The notes under the pieces were generated by a model. The model made no database searches. It was not told where the DNA came from and saw only the letters and a list, made by a program, of their open reading frames with translations. DNA of 64,000 bases from an uncultured Gammaproteobacteria bacterium (lineage in GTDB: Bacteria; Patescibacteriota; Microgenomatia; UBA10105; UBA927). The stretch spans positions 833,319 through 897,318 of the forward strand of contig CAZVTT010000001.1 of the NCBI GenBank assembly GCA_964629685.1, in the 5' to 3' direction. Positions 28,385 through 36,675 of this stretch are shown here, piece after piece; the first letter of the stretch is position 1, and each line of letters starts with the position of its first letter. The translations under genes and the position numbers were made by a program.

Positions 28385-29434
28385 ATGGCACTTTTACTGG
28401 GTATATTATTATGTTCCTGGATACTGACAAGCGGATTGTATATTCCGTTCATAATGTTGTTGTACCGTTGGCGTTTCCAGCGAATGCATCAGGATACCAG
28501 GGATGCATTTGACAAGCGTACGCCGATTTTTGATAAATTTCATCAACATAAAGCCGGAACACCCGTGGGTGGTGGTTTATTAATCATCATCGTTACAACT
28601 ATTCTTTTCCCCATTATTTTATTATTGATGAAATATTTTTGGGTACCTATAACTTCCGTATACCCGATGTTGAGTGAATTAAAAATACTGATATTTACGT
28701 TTGTTTCGTTTGGAGTCCTCGGGTTACTCGATGACTTAAAGAAAACGTTTGTATGGGTGCAGCCAAAATTTTTTGGCTTACGTCTAAGACACAAACTTAT
28801 TCTGGAAATTATCCTGGCTACAATTATCAGCTGGTGGTTAGTTTTTGATCTTAAGATTTCCATTTTCAATATTCCGTTTGTCGGTGTTATTCAGATGGGA
28901 TGGCTGTTTATACCATTTTCCGCTTTTGTAATCATTTCTTTTGCAAATGCCTTTAATATTACCGACGGATTGGATGGCATGGCTTCCGGAGTGCTTATGA
29001 TTGCGCTCGCCACATTCTGGTTTCTATCTGCTTCAATTCTGGATACGCCGCTTTCAGTTTTTATTGCGCTTTGGCTTGGAGGTGTATTGGCATTTTTGTA
29101 TTTTAATGTTTTTCCGGCGAGAATTTTTTTAGGCGACGTCGGTGCGCTTTCTTTTGGTGCTACTTTGGCCGTCGTAGGTTTAATACTTGGAAAAACGACG
29201 GCATTGGCAGTAATCGGCGGAGTATTTGTACTGGAAGTAAGTTCCTCTTTAATCCAGCTTCTTTCGAAAAGGTTTTTAGGAAGGAAGGCGTTTGCTGCCG
29301 CACCGCTTCATTTATGGCTGCAGCATAAAGGCTGGGCAGAACCAAAAATTGTAATGCGGTTCTGGATTATGGCTATCGTTCTCGCAATCTTCGGTTTATG
29401 GCTTGCGTTGTTAACGAACTCGCACCCAAATTAA
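28385..29434 (+). CDS. mraY: Phospho-N-acetylmuramoyl-pentapeptide transferase
   Basis: KAGTPVGGG, GLLDD, NAFNITDGLDG, FLGDVG, APLH. Confidence 0.95.
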   Translation: MALLLGILLCSWILTSGLYIPFIMLLYRWRFQRMHQDTRDAFDKRTPIFDKFHQHKAGTPVGGGLLIIIVTTILFPIILLLMKYFWVPITSVYPMLSELKILIFTFVSFGVLGLLDDLKKTFVWVQPKFFGLRLRHKLILEIILATIISWWLVFDLKISIFNIPFVGVIQMGWLFIPFSAFVIISFANAFNITDGLDGMASGVLMIALATFWFLSASILDTPLSVFIALWLGGVLAFLYFNVFPARIFLGDVGALSFGATLAVVGLILGKTTALAVIGGVFVLEVSSSLIQLLSKRFLGRKAFAAAPLHLWLQHKGWAEPKIVMRFWIMAIVLAIFGLWLALLTNSHPN

Positions 29435-29442
29435 TAGGTATT

Positions 29443-30246
29443 ATGTCCTCAGATCACCCTATTGGAGTTATCGATTCCGGTTTAGGTGGATTGTCAATCC
29501 GGCGGTCGATCGTTAACCTGCTGCCAAACGAGTCAATTATATATATCGGAGATCAGGAATTTGTTCCCTACAGCGAAAAAGCCGGCACGGTAATAATCGA
29601 TAGAATAAAATTACTGGTAGAGTATTTGCTGCGGAGGGACGTAAAGTTAATTGTTATTGCATGTAATACGGCAACAGTCGCGGCAATTGATAAAACGCGG
29701 ATAACTTTCCCTGATGTCCCGATCGTAGGAGTCGTACCGGTAATAAAAACTGCTGCAGCTGTAACTAAGACGGGAAAATTTGCAGTTTTATCTACGTCTT
29801 ATACTACAAATAGTACGTATCAACGGAAATTAATTCAGGCATATGCGAAGGATTGTCAGGTCATGAGTATACCCTGTCCAGCATTGGTTACATATGTAGA
29901 AAAAGGAGACGTATCGTCACAATCCATGCGACAAAATCTGACCCGAATACTAGAACCTGTTCTGCATTCGAATATAGATATCGTCGTACTGGGATGCACG
30001 CATTTTCCGTTTCTGACTGATTCAATTCAAAGCGTACTAGGGAGTACCGTTAGGCTACTGGATTCGGGGGGTGCGGTTGCCAGGCAAGTTGCAAGAGTAT
30101 TGGAACACAATAAAGCTTTAGCAACGAAAAGTAATCCGGTTTATTATTATGTCACTACCGGTAATGCCACGGAAGTAAGCGGGGTTGCAACGAAATTGGT
30201 GGGAGAATTAATTCAGTTTGAGCATGTGTCTTTGAATCGTATATGA
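29443..30246 (+). CDS. murI: Glutamate racemase
   Basis: IDSGLGGLS, IACNTAT, LGCTHFP. Confidence 0.96.
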   Translation: MSSDHPIGVIDSGLGGLSIRRSIVNLLPNESIIYIGDQEFVPYSEKAGTVIIDRIKLLVEYLLRRDVKLIVIACNTATVAAIDKTRITFPDVPIVGVVPVIKTAAAVTKTGKFAVLSTSYTTNSTYQRKLIQAYAKDCQVMSIPCPALVTYVEKGDVSSQSMRQNLTRILEPVLHSNIDIVVLGCTHFPFLTDSIQSVLGSTVRLLDSGGAVARQVARVLEHNKALATKSNPVYYYVTTGNATEVSGVATKLVGELIQFEHVSLNRI

Positions 30247-31394
30247 ATTCACTGAATACTCTATTGCGTAAAGTGAAGTTTTCTAAACGTCCGGTTTCCC
30301 GGGTGCGGGAGTACGGACAACCGGATTACATTTTTTTTGTTCTCGTGGTGGTGCTGGCATTATTTGGCATTCTTATGGTATACGATTCGTCCATTGCCAT
30401 TGCTATCCGCGATTTTTCCAATCCGTATTATTATGTCCTGGAACAACTCCGGTGGCTGGTTTTGGGCAGCATTGCGTTTGTCGTTTTTTCGAAAATAGAT
30501 TATCACCGATGGTACAATTTAGCGCTTCCGATGCTGACGGTAACTATCGGTTTACTTATCGCCGTATTTTTACCCGGAATAGGAGTAAAGGCCTACGGTG
30601 CTCACCGTTGGATAAACTTAGGATTTCTTATTATTCAGCCTGCAGAATTAACGAAATTGGTAATGATAATCTATTTGTCGGCATGGTTAAGTTTACCGGA
30701 AAAAGGACGCTTTACGGCATTTTTGATGCTTATCGGTATTGTTGCCGGTTTGGTATTAATGGAACCGGATATGGGTACTACCATGATTATTGTTTCCATT
30801 TCGCTGTTATTGTATTTTTTTTCGGGCGCACCTATACGGCATATTCTGTCCGTTCTCCCATTTGGGGCGTTAGGTGTTGCCGGTCTTATAATGGCGGCTC
30901 CGTATCGGTTACAGCGGCTAATGACGTTCCTTGATCCGGATAGTGATCCGCTAGGCGCTTCATTTCAGATTAAGCAAGTGACGCTGGCTTTAGGTGTAGG
31001 AGGGTGGTTTGGATTGGGAATAGGCAGGTCTAAGCAGAAATTTGAATACCTTCCCGAGGCAAATACAGACTCTATCTTTGCCATTATCGGAGAGGAGTTG
31101 GGTTTGATAGGGGGAGTTGTCATAATTGGGTTATATATGTTGCTTGTATGGCGTGGATATAGGATTGCGAAGTATGCTCCCGATAAATTCGGTAGATTAT
31201 TAGCGTTGGGAATTTCTTCGTGGATTGGAATTCAAATGTGTATGAATATGGCCTCTATGGTGGCTCTTATACCGTTAACGGGGATACCTCTCCCTCTGAT
31301 ATCATCAGGGGGGTCTAGTTTGATTATTTTACTGGCTGCGCTGGGGATTGTGATGAATATTAGTCGGCAACGTGTAAGTAAATTTGAACGGTAA
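30243..31394 (+). CDS. ftsW: SEDS peptidoglycan polymerase FtsW
   Basis: GAHRWI, QPAELTK, EPDMGT, LPEANTDSIFAIIGEE, GIPLPLISSGGSS; directly upstream of murG. Confidence 0.93.
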   Translation: MNSLNTLLRKVKFSKRPVSRVREYGQPDYIFFVLVVVLALFGILMVYDSSIAIAIRDFSNPYYYVLEQLRWLVLGSIAFVVFSKIDYHRWYNLALPMLTVTIGLLIAVFLPGIGVKAYGAHRWINLGFLIIQPAELTKLVMIIYLSAWLSLPEKGRFTAFLMLIGIVAGLVLMEPDMGTTMIIVSISLLLYFFSGAPIRHILSVLPFGALGVAGLIMAAPYRLQRLMTFLDPDSDPLGASFQIKQVTLALGVGGWFGLGIGRSKQKFEYLPEANTDSIFAIIGEELGLIGGVVIIGLYMLLVWRGYRIAKYAPDKFGRLLALGISSWIGIQMCMNMASMVALIPLTGIPLPLISSGGSSLIILLAALGIVMNISRQRVSKFER

Positions 31395-31396
31395 TT

Positions 31397-32500
31397 ATGA
31401 AAAAAATATTAATAACCGGTGGTCATCTTTCACCGGCGGTAGCGTTGATCGAAGCTATACAGGACGAAGGAATAACCTACGATCTGGTTTTTGCTGGAAG
31501 AAAGTATGCATTTGAAGATGATACTGCCGTATCTCAGGAGTATAAAAGCATTTCCGCCCTTAACGTTCGGTTTTATGCTATTGTAACCGGACGGCTTCAA
31601 CGGACATTATCGTGGCAATCAATCCGGTCGTTATTAAAAGTACCGGTAGGGGTAGCACAATCTTTTTTTATGTGTGTTCGGGAAAAACCGGATGTGATTA
31701 TGTCTTTTGGCGGGTATATAGCATTACCGGTAGTGTTATCCGGTTGGATTTTACGGATTCCGATTATTACCCATGAGCAAACCACGGTATTGGGGTTAGC
31801 AAATAGTATAATCGTAAAGTTCTCTACGGTTGTCTGTGTCGCACAACCGGAAATGACACAAATTAAACACAGAAATGTAGTCGTTACCGGTTTACCTATC
31901 CGACGCGAAATAGTTAATCCCGTTACCCGCCCTTCTTTCAGCGTTCCGCTAAACAGGCCGATACTCTTTATATCCGGCGGTACCACCGGTGCTGAAACCT
32001 TAAATGTAATTGTATTTAGCTCCTTACCTGAATTGTTAAAAAAATTTACCGTACTGCATCAAACCGGAAACCGTTCTCTCGAAGCAGCGAAAGCTGTTTC
32101 CGCAGCACTACCAGGGGATACTGCAAAGCAGTACGTTATTCAATCTTATTTTCAACCGCAGGATGTCGGTTGGATACTGAAACACTGTTCATTTGTAATT
32201 AGTCGTTCCGGCGCAAATTCAGTAGCGGAATTTATGGCTACTGCGTGCCCGGCGCTGTTAATTCCACTGCCCTGGGCAGGAGGAAGTGAACAACTGCATA
32301 ATGCGGAAAAACTTGTTAATGCCGGCATGGGAGTAATACTTCCCCAACGAATTCTTTCGAAGGAAACTTTGTTAAAATATACTGATAATTTTTTCGGTAA
32401 GTTATCCGAATACAAAACACAAGCTCAAAAAGTGGAAAAAACGGTTACGTTGAACGGAACGAAACGCTTACTTGATCAACTTGAACGGATACTCTCATGA
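31397..32500 (+). CDS. murG: Lipid II GlcNAc transferase MurG
   Basis: TGGHLSPA, FGGYIALP, HEQ, GLPIR, SRSGANS, EQ..NA. Confidence 0.93.
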   Translation: MKKILITGGHLSPAVALIEAIQDEGITYDLVFAGRKYAFEDDTAVSQEYKSISALNVRFYAIVTGRLQRTLSWQSIRSLLKVPVGVAQSFFMCVREKPDVIMSFGGYIALPVVLSGWILRIPIITHEQTTVLGLANSIIVKFSTVVCVAQPEMTQIKHRNVVVTGLPIRREIVNPVTRPSFSVPLNRPILFISGGTTGAETLNVIVFSSLPELLKKFTVLHQTGNRSLEAAKAVSAALPGDTAKQYVIQSYFQPQDVGWILKHCSFVISRSGANSVAEFMATACPALLIPLPWAGGSEQLHNAEKLVNAGMGVILPQRILSKETLLKYTDNFFGKLSEYKTQAQKVEKTVTLNGTKRLLDQLERILS

Positions 32501-33186
32501 TATCGCGCATAGCCAGACGCTTCGGAAAGGTAATCATTATTTTTTCCGTAACGTTAGGCTTAAGTTTTGGAGGATATTATCTTGTTACGTCTGTTTTTCA
32601 GCTACGGCAGATAGAATATGTGGGTGAAGGTGCGATTATTCATATAGATGAAACGATGATTCCAGGTAACGTACTCTTTTTCCCGGCTGAACGAATACGC
32701 AAAACCTTGATTGCAGATCATCCGGAGTTAAAAGACGTATACGTTACCAAGAAATTTCCGAACACGTTGAGAATTGAACCAGTCTTTAGGGAACCTTATA
32801 TTCTGCTGCAGGCGAAAGAAAAAATGGTTTTGCTTGATAGAGAGCAGGTGGTGGTAGAATACGCTACCGGAGTAGAACGATACCCCAGGTTAATTTTACC
32901 CATTCCGGTAGAAAAAAAAGGTCAACGTCTGGACGATAAACGGATTAAACTTACCATTGGATTTTTAGTATCAACTGCCCCGCTCGTTCATTTTACAGAA
33001 GTAACGGAGGTAGATAGTCAGTCCCTATCGTTTAAAAGCGATGTAACAGAGGTCTTTATTACTCAGAATGCTGATTTGACGGAAGTCACGACTACTTTAC
33101 AAACATTGATAGAGGGGTTTAGAATTAAAGGAATATTGCCGAAAATTATTGATCTTCGCTTCTCAAAACCTATCATCAAAAATTAA
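32497..33186 (+). CDS. ftsQ: FtsQ/DivIB-like cell division protein
   Basis: TM plus POTRA-like region (KKFPNTLRI) and C-terminal IDLRF; lies between murG and ftsA. Confidence 0.8.
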   Translation: MISRIARRFGKVIIIFSVTLGLSFGGYYLVTSVFQLRQIEYVGEGAIIHIDETMIPGNVLFFPAERIRKTLIADHPELKDVYVTKKFPNTLRIEPVFREPYILLQAKEKMVLLDREQVVVEYATGVERYPRLILPIPVEKKGQRLDDKRIKLTIGFLVSTAPLVHFTEVTEVDSQSLSFKSDVTEVFITQNADLTEVTTTLQTLIEGFRIKGILPKIIDLRFSKPIIKN

Positions 33187-33193
33187 CAAAAAT

Positions 33194-34492
33194 ATGGCAC
33201 GAGACAATGTAGTATCGAGTATAGATATAGGAACATCAAAAATTACCACGCTTATTGCTACTGTTCCTGAAGATGGTGACGTGAATGTTATCGGCGTATC
33301 GACGGTTAATAGTAAAGGCTTACGAAAAGGACAGGTAGTAAACATCGAAGAAGCCACTGCAGCAGTCTCACAATCGCTCGATGCCGCAGAACGGATGGCA
33401 GGCACATCCGTTACCACTGCATATGTGTCAGTGGGCGGGAATCATATTGCTTCTCATAATTCTCATGGGGTGGTAGCCGTAGCTGAACCTGATAAAGAAA
33501 TATCGCCTCAGGATGTAAAGCGGGTAATCGAGGCGGCAAAAGCGGTATCGTTACCATCTTCCCGGGAAATACTTCATGTTTTACCACGAGGTTACAGTGT
33601 TGACGGGCAGGAGGGGATTGTTGATCCCATAGGCATGACAGGGGTGAGACTGGAAGTAGATACGCATCTGGTTACGGGTGGAGCTACAGCGCTTAGAAAT
33701 TTGCATAAGTGCGTTGAAGAACTGGGAGTAGAAGTTTCGGGACTGGTGTTTAACGGACTCGCTTCTGCACTGGCGACACTATCAGAAACGGAGAAGGAGT
33801 TAGGGGTAATTTTGGTTGATATTGGCGGTGGGACAACGGATGTAGCAATTTTCGTCGATGGCGCATTATCGTATTCGTCGGTAATTCCTATCGGGGCTAT
33901 TAACATAACCAAAGATTTAGCGGCGGGATTAAGAATCTCTTTGGAAAGTGCGGAGAAAATCAAACTCATGCTGGGAAAACAACCTAAACAACCGGTGATG
34001 CCGGAATTGGATGACAGGGGAAGGCCGGCAAAGCAGGTTGATGAGGAATTGGATTTAAGCGGGCTAAACCTTCCTGAGGAAATGAAAACAATTTCGCGCA
34101 AGACATTAATTGAAGGAATAATTAAACCCAGGCTAAACGAAATTTTTGCTATGGTAGCTCTGGAAGTAAAACGCAGCGGGTTCGGGGGTATGACGCCGTC
34201 TGGAGTGGTGATTACCGGCGGAGGAGCGGAGACCGTGGGGGCAGTAGAAGCCGCAAAACGAAATTTAGCTATGCCCGTGCATATAGGTATTCCGGGGAAA
34301 GTAAATGGACTTATAGATGAAATTATTTTACCTGCGTTTTCGACAAGTATCGGACTCCTTCATTACGGTGCACAGAATAGGAAAACTGAACAAAGTTCAT
34401 CTTTTAGTAACTTCGGAAAGATAGGCCAACGCTTTCAGGCAAAGGGACTTGCAGGGAAGGTACTAGATTTGATAAAGTCGTTCTTACCGTAA
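33194..34492 (+). CDS. ftsA: Cell division protein FtsA
   Basis: IDIGTSKI, DPIGMTGVRLEV, DIGGGTTD, AEKIK, ITGGGA. Confidence 0.97.
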   Translation: MARDNVVSSIDIGTSKITTLIATVPEDGDVNVIGVSTVNSKGLRKGQVVNIEEATAAVSQSLDAAERMAGTSVTTAYVSVGGNHIASHNSHGVVAVAEPDKEISPQDVKRVIEAAKAVSLPSSREILHVLPRGYSVDGQEGIVDPIGMTGVRLEVDTHLVTGGATALRNLHKCVEELGVEVSGLVFNGLASALATLSETEKELGVILVDIGGGTTDVAIFVDGALSYSSVIPIGAINITKDLAAGLRISLESAEKIKLMLGKQPKQPVMPELDDRGRPAKQVDEELDLSGLNLPEEMKTISRKTLIEGIIKPRLNEIFAMVALEVKRSGFGGMTPSGVVITGGGAETVGAVEAAKRNLAMPVHIGIPGKVNGLIDEIILPAFSTSIGLLHYGAQNRKTEQSSSFSNFGKIGQRFQAKGLAGKVLDLIKSFLP

Positions 34493-34556
34493 GTGATCTC
34501 ACCGCAAAGAACAGAAATAATTTGCTAACCACTATCTGCCCCGAAGGAGTTTTTGT

Positions 34557-35720
34557 ATGTTGATAAAACCGGATCTGGCGCGTTTCGCAAAAATAAAAGT
34601 CATTGGAATAGGTGGTGGCGGCTGCAATGCGATTAATTCAATGATAGGAGTGAATCAGATTGTAGGTGTGGATTTTATTGGCGTTAACACCGATGCTCAG
34701 GCCCTACTCACCAGTCAAGCACAGTCTAAAGTACAAATAGGCGAGCAACTCACCCGTGGACTGGGTGCCGGCGGAAATCCTGATATCGGAAGACAGGCGG
34801 CCGAAGAATCAAAAGAAAAAATAAAAGAATATCTCCAGGATACCGATATGGTGTTCCTTACCTGCGGAGAGGGCGGGGGAACCGGTACCGGAGCCACTCC
34901 GGTAATTGCCGAAATGGCCAAGGAAATGGGTATCCTTACGGTGGCAGTTGTAACGAAACCTTTTCACTTCGAAGGTCAGCGTCGGATGATTAACGCCGAA
35001 GAAGGTATTAGTAATCTGAAGGATAAGGTGGATACCCTTATCGTTATTCCAAATCAACGTCTCTTAGATGTTATAGACAAAAAAATGACTCTGCTCGAGG
35101 CGTTTAGGGTGACCGATTCCGTATTGGGGCAGGGTGTCCAGGGAATTTCCGATTTAATTACGATGCCGGGCTTAATTAACGTGGATTTTGCGGATGTGCG
35201 GACAATTATGACAAACGCAGGATCGTCTTTGATGGGTATCGGTACGGGGGTAGGTGAAAATCGGGCAGCTGCTGCCGCACGTCAGGCAATTGCATCTCCA
35301 TTATTGGAGGTTTCGATCGATGGGGCAAAAGGAGTATTGTTTAATATCACCGGCGGTGCTGATTTGACCATGGCAGAAGTAGACGAAGCCGCAAAACAAA
35401 TTGCTACTGCGGTAGATACGGACGCAAATATTATTTTCGGAGCAACCATTGATGAGAATCTGGTTGATCAGGTAAAGATTACCGTTGTGGCCACGGGATT
35501 TGATGAAACTAAGCGCCGGCTGCGTGATTTATCGAATAAACCGACGTCATACCAACAAAACCAACCTGCAACTCCGATATATAATAAAGTTCCCAGTCCC
35601 GGGTATGTGCAGAATAATCAGCCGCAGCCCGTGAATAATCCACCGCCCCAAAAACCTGACGAAATACCACCGGAAGAGGATGAATTCGACATCCCCGCAT
35701 TCCTAAGACAGCGGAGTTAA
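34557..35720 (+). CDS. ftsZ: Cell division protein FtsZ
   Basis: [16 protein letters not shown] tubulin signature, NVDFAD, C-terminal DIPAFLR. SD AAGGAG. Confidence 0.99.
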   Translation: MLIKPDLARFAKIKVIGIGGGGCNAINSMIGVNQIVGVDFIGVNTDAQALLTSQAQSKVQIGEQLTRGLGAGGNPDIGRQAAEESKEKIKEYLQDTDMVFLTCGEGGGTGTGATPVIAEMAKEMGILTVAVVTKPFHFEGQRRMINAEEGISNLKDKVDTLIVIPNQRLLDVIDKKMTLLEAFRVTDSVLGQGVQGISDLITMPGLINVDFADVRTIMTNAGSSLMGIGTGVGENRAAAAARQAIASPLLEVSIDGAKGVLFNITGGADLTMAEVDEAAKQIATAVDTDANIIFGATIDENLVDQVKITVVATGFDETKRRLRDLSNKPTSYQQNQPATPIYNKVPSPGYVQNNQPQPVNNPPPQKPDEIPPEEDEFDIPAFLRQRS

Positions 35721-35757
35721 GCTTCAAAGACACAGGGGAAGGTTAGTTGCGGGAGGA

Positions 35758-36378
35758 CTATACGATAATGATAAGTCCTTCTTTTACGGAAACGGCGTTT
35801 TTGTTTCTGTACTTTGCCGTTAACGTTTTAATCTGTGAGATAGTAGGATATCCTTCTCCGGTAAAACTCCAGGCGTCGTCGATAAGAATGATGTGATTTT
35901 TGATACGGTGGGATAAAATTGTCTTTAATTCCATTTCAATGGGGGAGTTTTGATTTTCTCCGGATGTTATTCCTCCGGAATAGTGGGCATCTAGCCAGAA
36001 TAGACTTCTTTTGTGCAGGTCTTTTAACAGTGAACGCAGCACCATTCCGCTATCTCCGTGTATTATTTTTATTTTCGGATAAGACTCAAATTTCTTTGTA
36101 GCTCTGGAAAACAGTGAATCGTTTAACTCGATGGAATATAATTGAGAGAAGTGATTCTTCATAGCGTTTACGGTTGTTCCCATATACGTTCCCGTTTCCA
36201 CAAATGTTTCACAAGAATAAACTGTCGCATATGCTTTTATAATCTCCTGCTTCACACTGTTGGGTGTCGCGCCTGTTTTTCCGCGTTTTTTCCAGGAGTA
36301 TACGGAATACAGTTGAAAGAGCGGAAGAATGTATTCGTAGAGTTGTGTTTCTTTAAGCCTGTTAATTAAATGATTCAT
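35758..36378 (-). CDS. Hypothetical protein with SAM-dependent methyltransferase-like fold
   Basis: FVETGTYMG, YSIE, HGDSG, FWLDAHYSGG, ILIDD. Confidence 0.6.
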   Translation of the reverse strand: MNHLINRLKETQLYEYILPLFQLYSVYSWKKRGKTGATPNSVKQEIIKAYATVYSCETFVETGTYMGTTVNAMKNHFSQLYSIELNDSLFSRATKKFESYPKIKIIHGDSGMVLRSLLKDLHKRSLFWLDAHYSGGITSGENQNSPIEMELKTILSHRIKNHIILIDDAWSFTGEGYPTISQIKTLTAKYRNKNAVSVKEGLIIIV

Positions 36379-36447
36379 GGAGAATGGTATTATACTAAAT
36401 TTGTTTCATTTACAACCACTATACCAGTGCCGGCCTTAAAACAGCAT

Positions 36448-36476
36448 TTGCAGATCGGACAATTGTAAAGTATAAT
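36448..36476 (+). promoter_or_regulatory. Sigma70-type promoter for the ileS leader
   Basis: TTGCAG (36448-36453), 17-nt spacer, TATAAT (36471-36476). Confidence 0.75.
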
Positions 36477-36483
36477 TTTGGTA

Positions 36484-36675
36484 TTGCGTTTATCCGTTAT
36501 CAGCGGATTTATAGAAGTATAGCGCAGGAGGAAGAAATCGTAATTGAAATTAGACCCTCCCGGGTAAGCCTGAAATAGCTGTGAATGAGATTCGTTATAT
36601 ACGAATAAACTAAGGTGGTACCACGAACAACCGTTCGTCCTTATAGTATAACTGTATAAGGAGAGCGGGTTTTTT
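36484..36675 (+). ncRNA. T-box riboswitch (Ile) with short Stem I
   Basis: Antiterminator AAGG-TGGTACC-ACGAAC/GTTCGT-CCTT (36612-36642), Stem III ATTCGT/ACGAAT, Stem II-like GGAGG...CCTCC (36527-36560), and hairpin ATCCGT-TATCA-GCGGAT with ATC in the loop. Lies upstream of ileS. Confidence 0.9.
36631..36675 (+). terminator. Intrinsic terminator of the Ile T-box, also covering the ileS SD
   Basis: CCGTTCGTCCTTATA...TATAAGGAGAGCGG followed by T6 immediately before ATG 36676. Confidence 0.8.

Noticed and set aside
36205-36220. TGTTTCACAAGAATAA as a parS site for the nearby ParB
   Set aside because: Only the left half matches TGTTTCACGTGAAACA and it is not palindromic.
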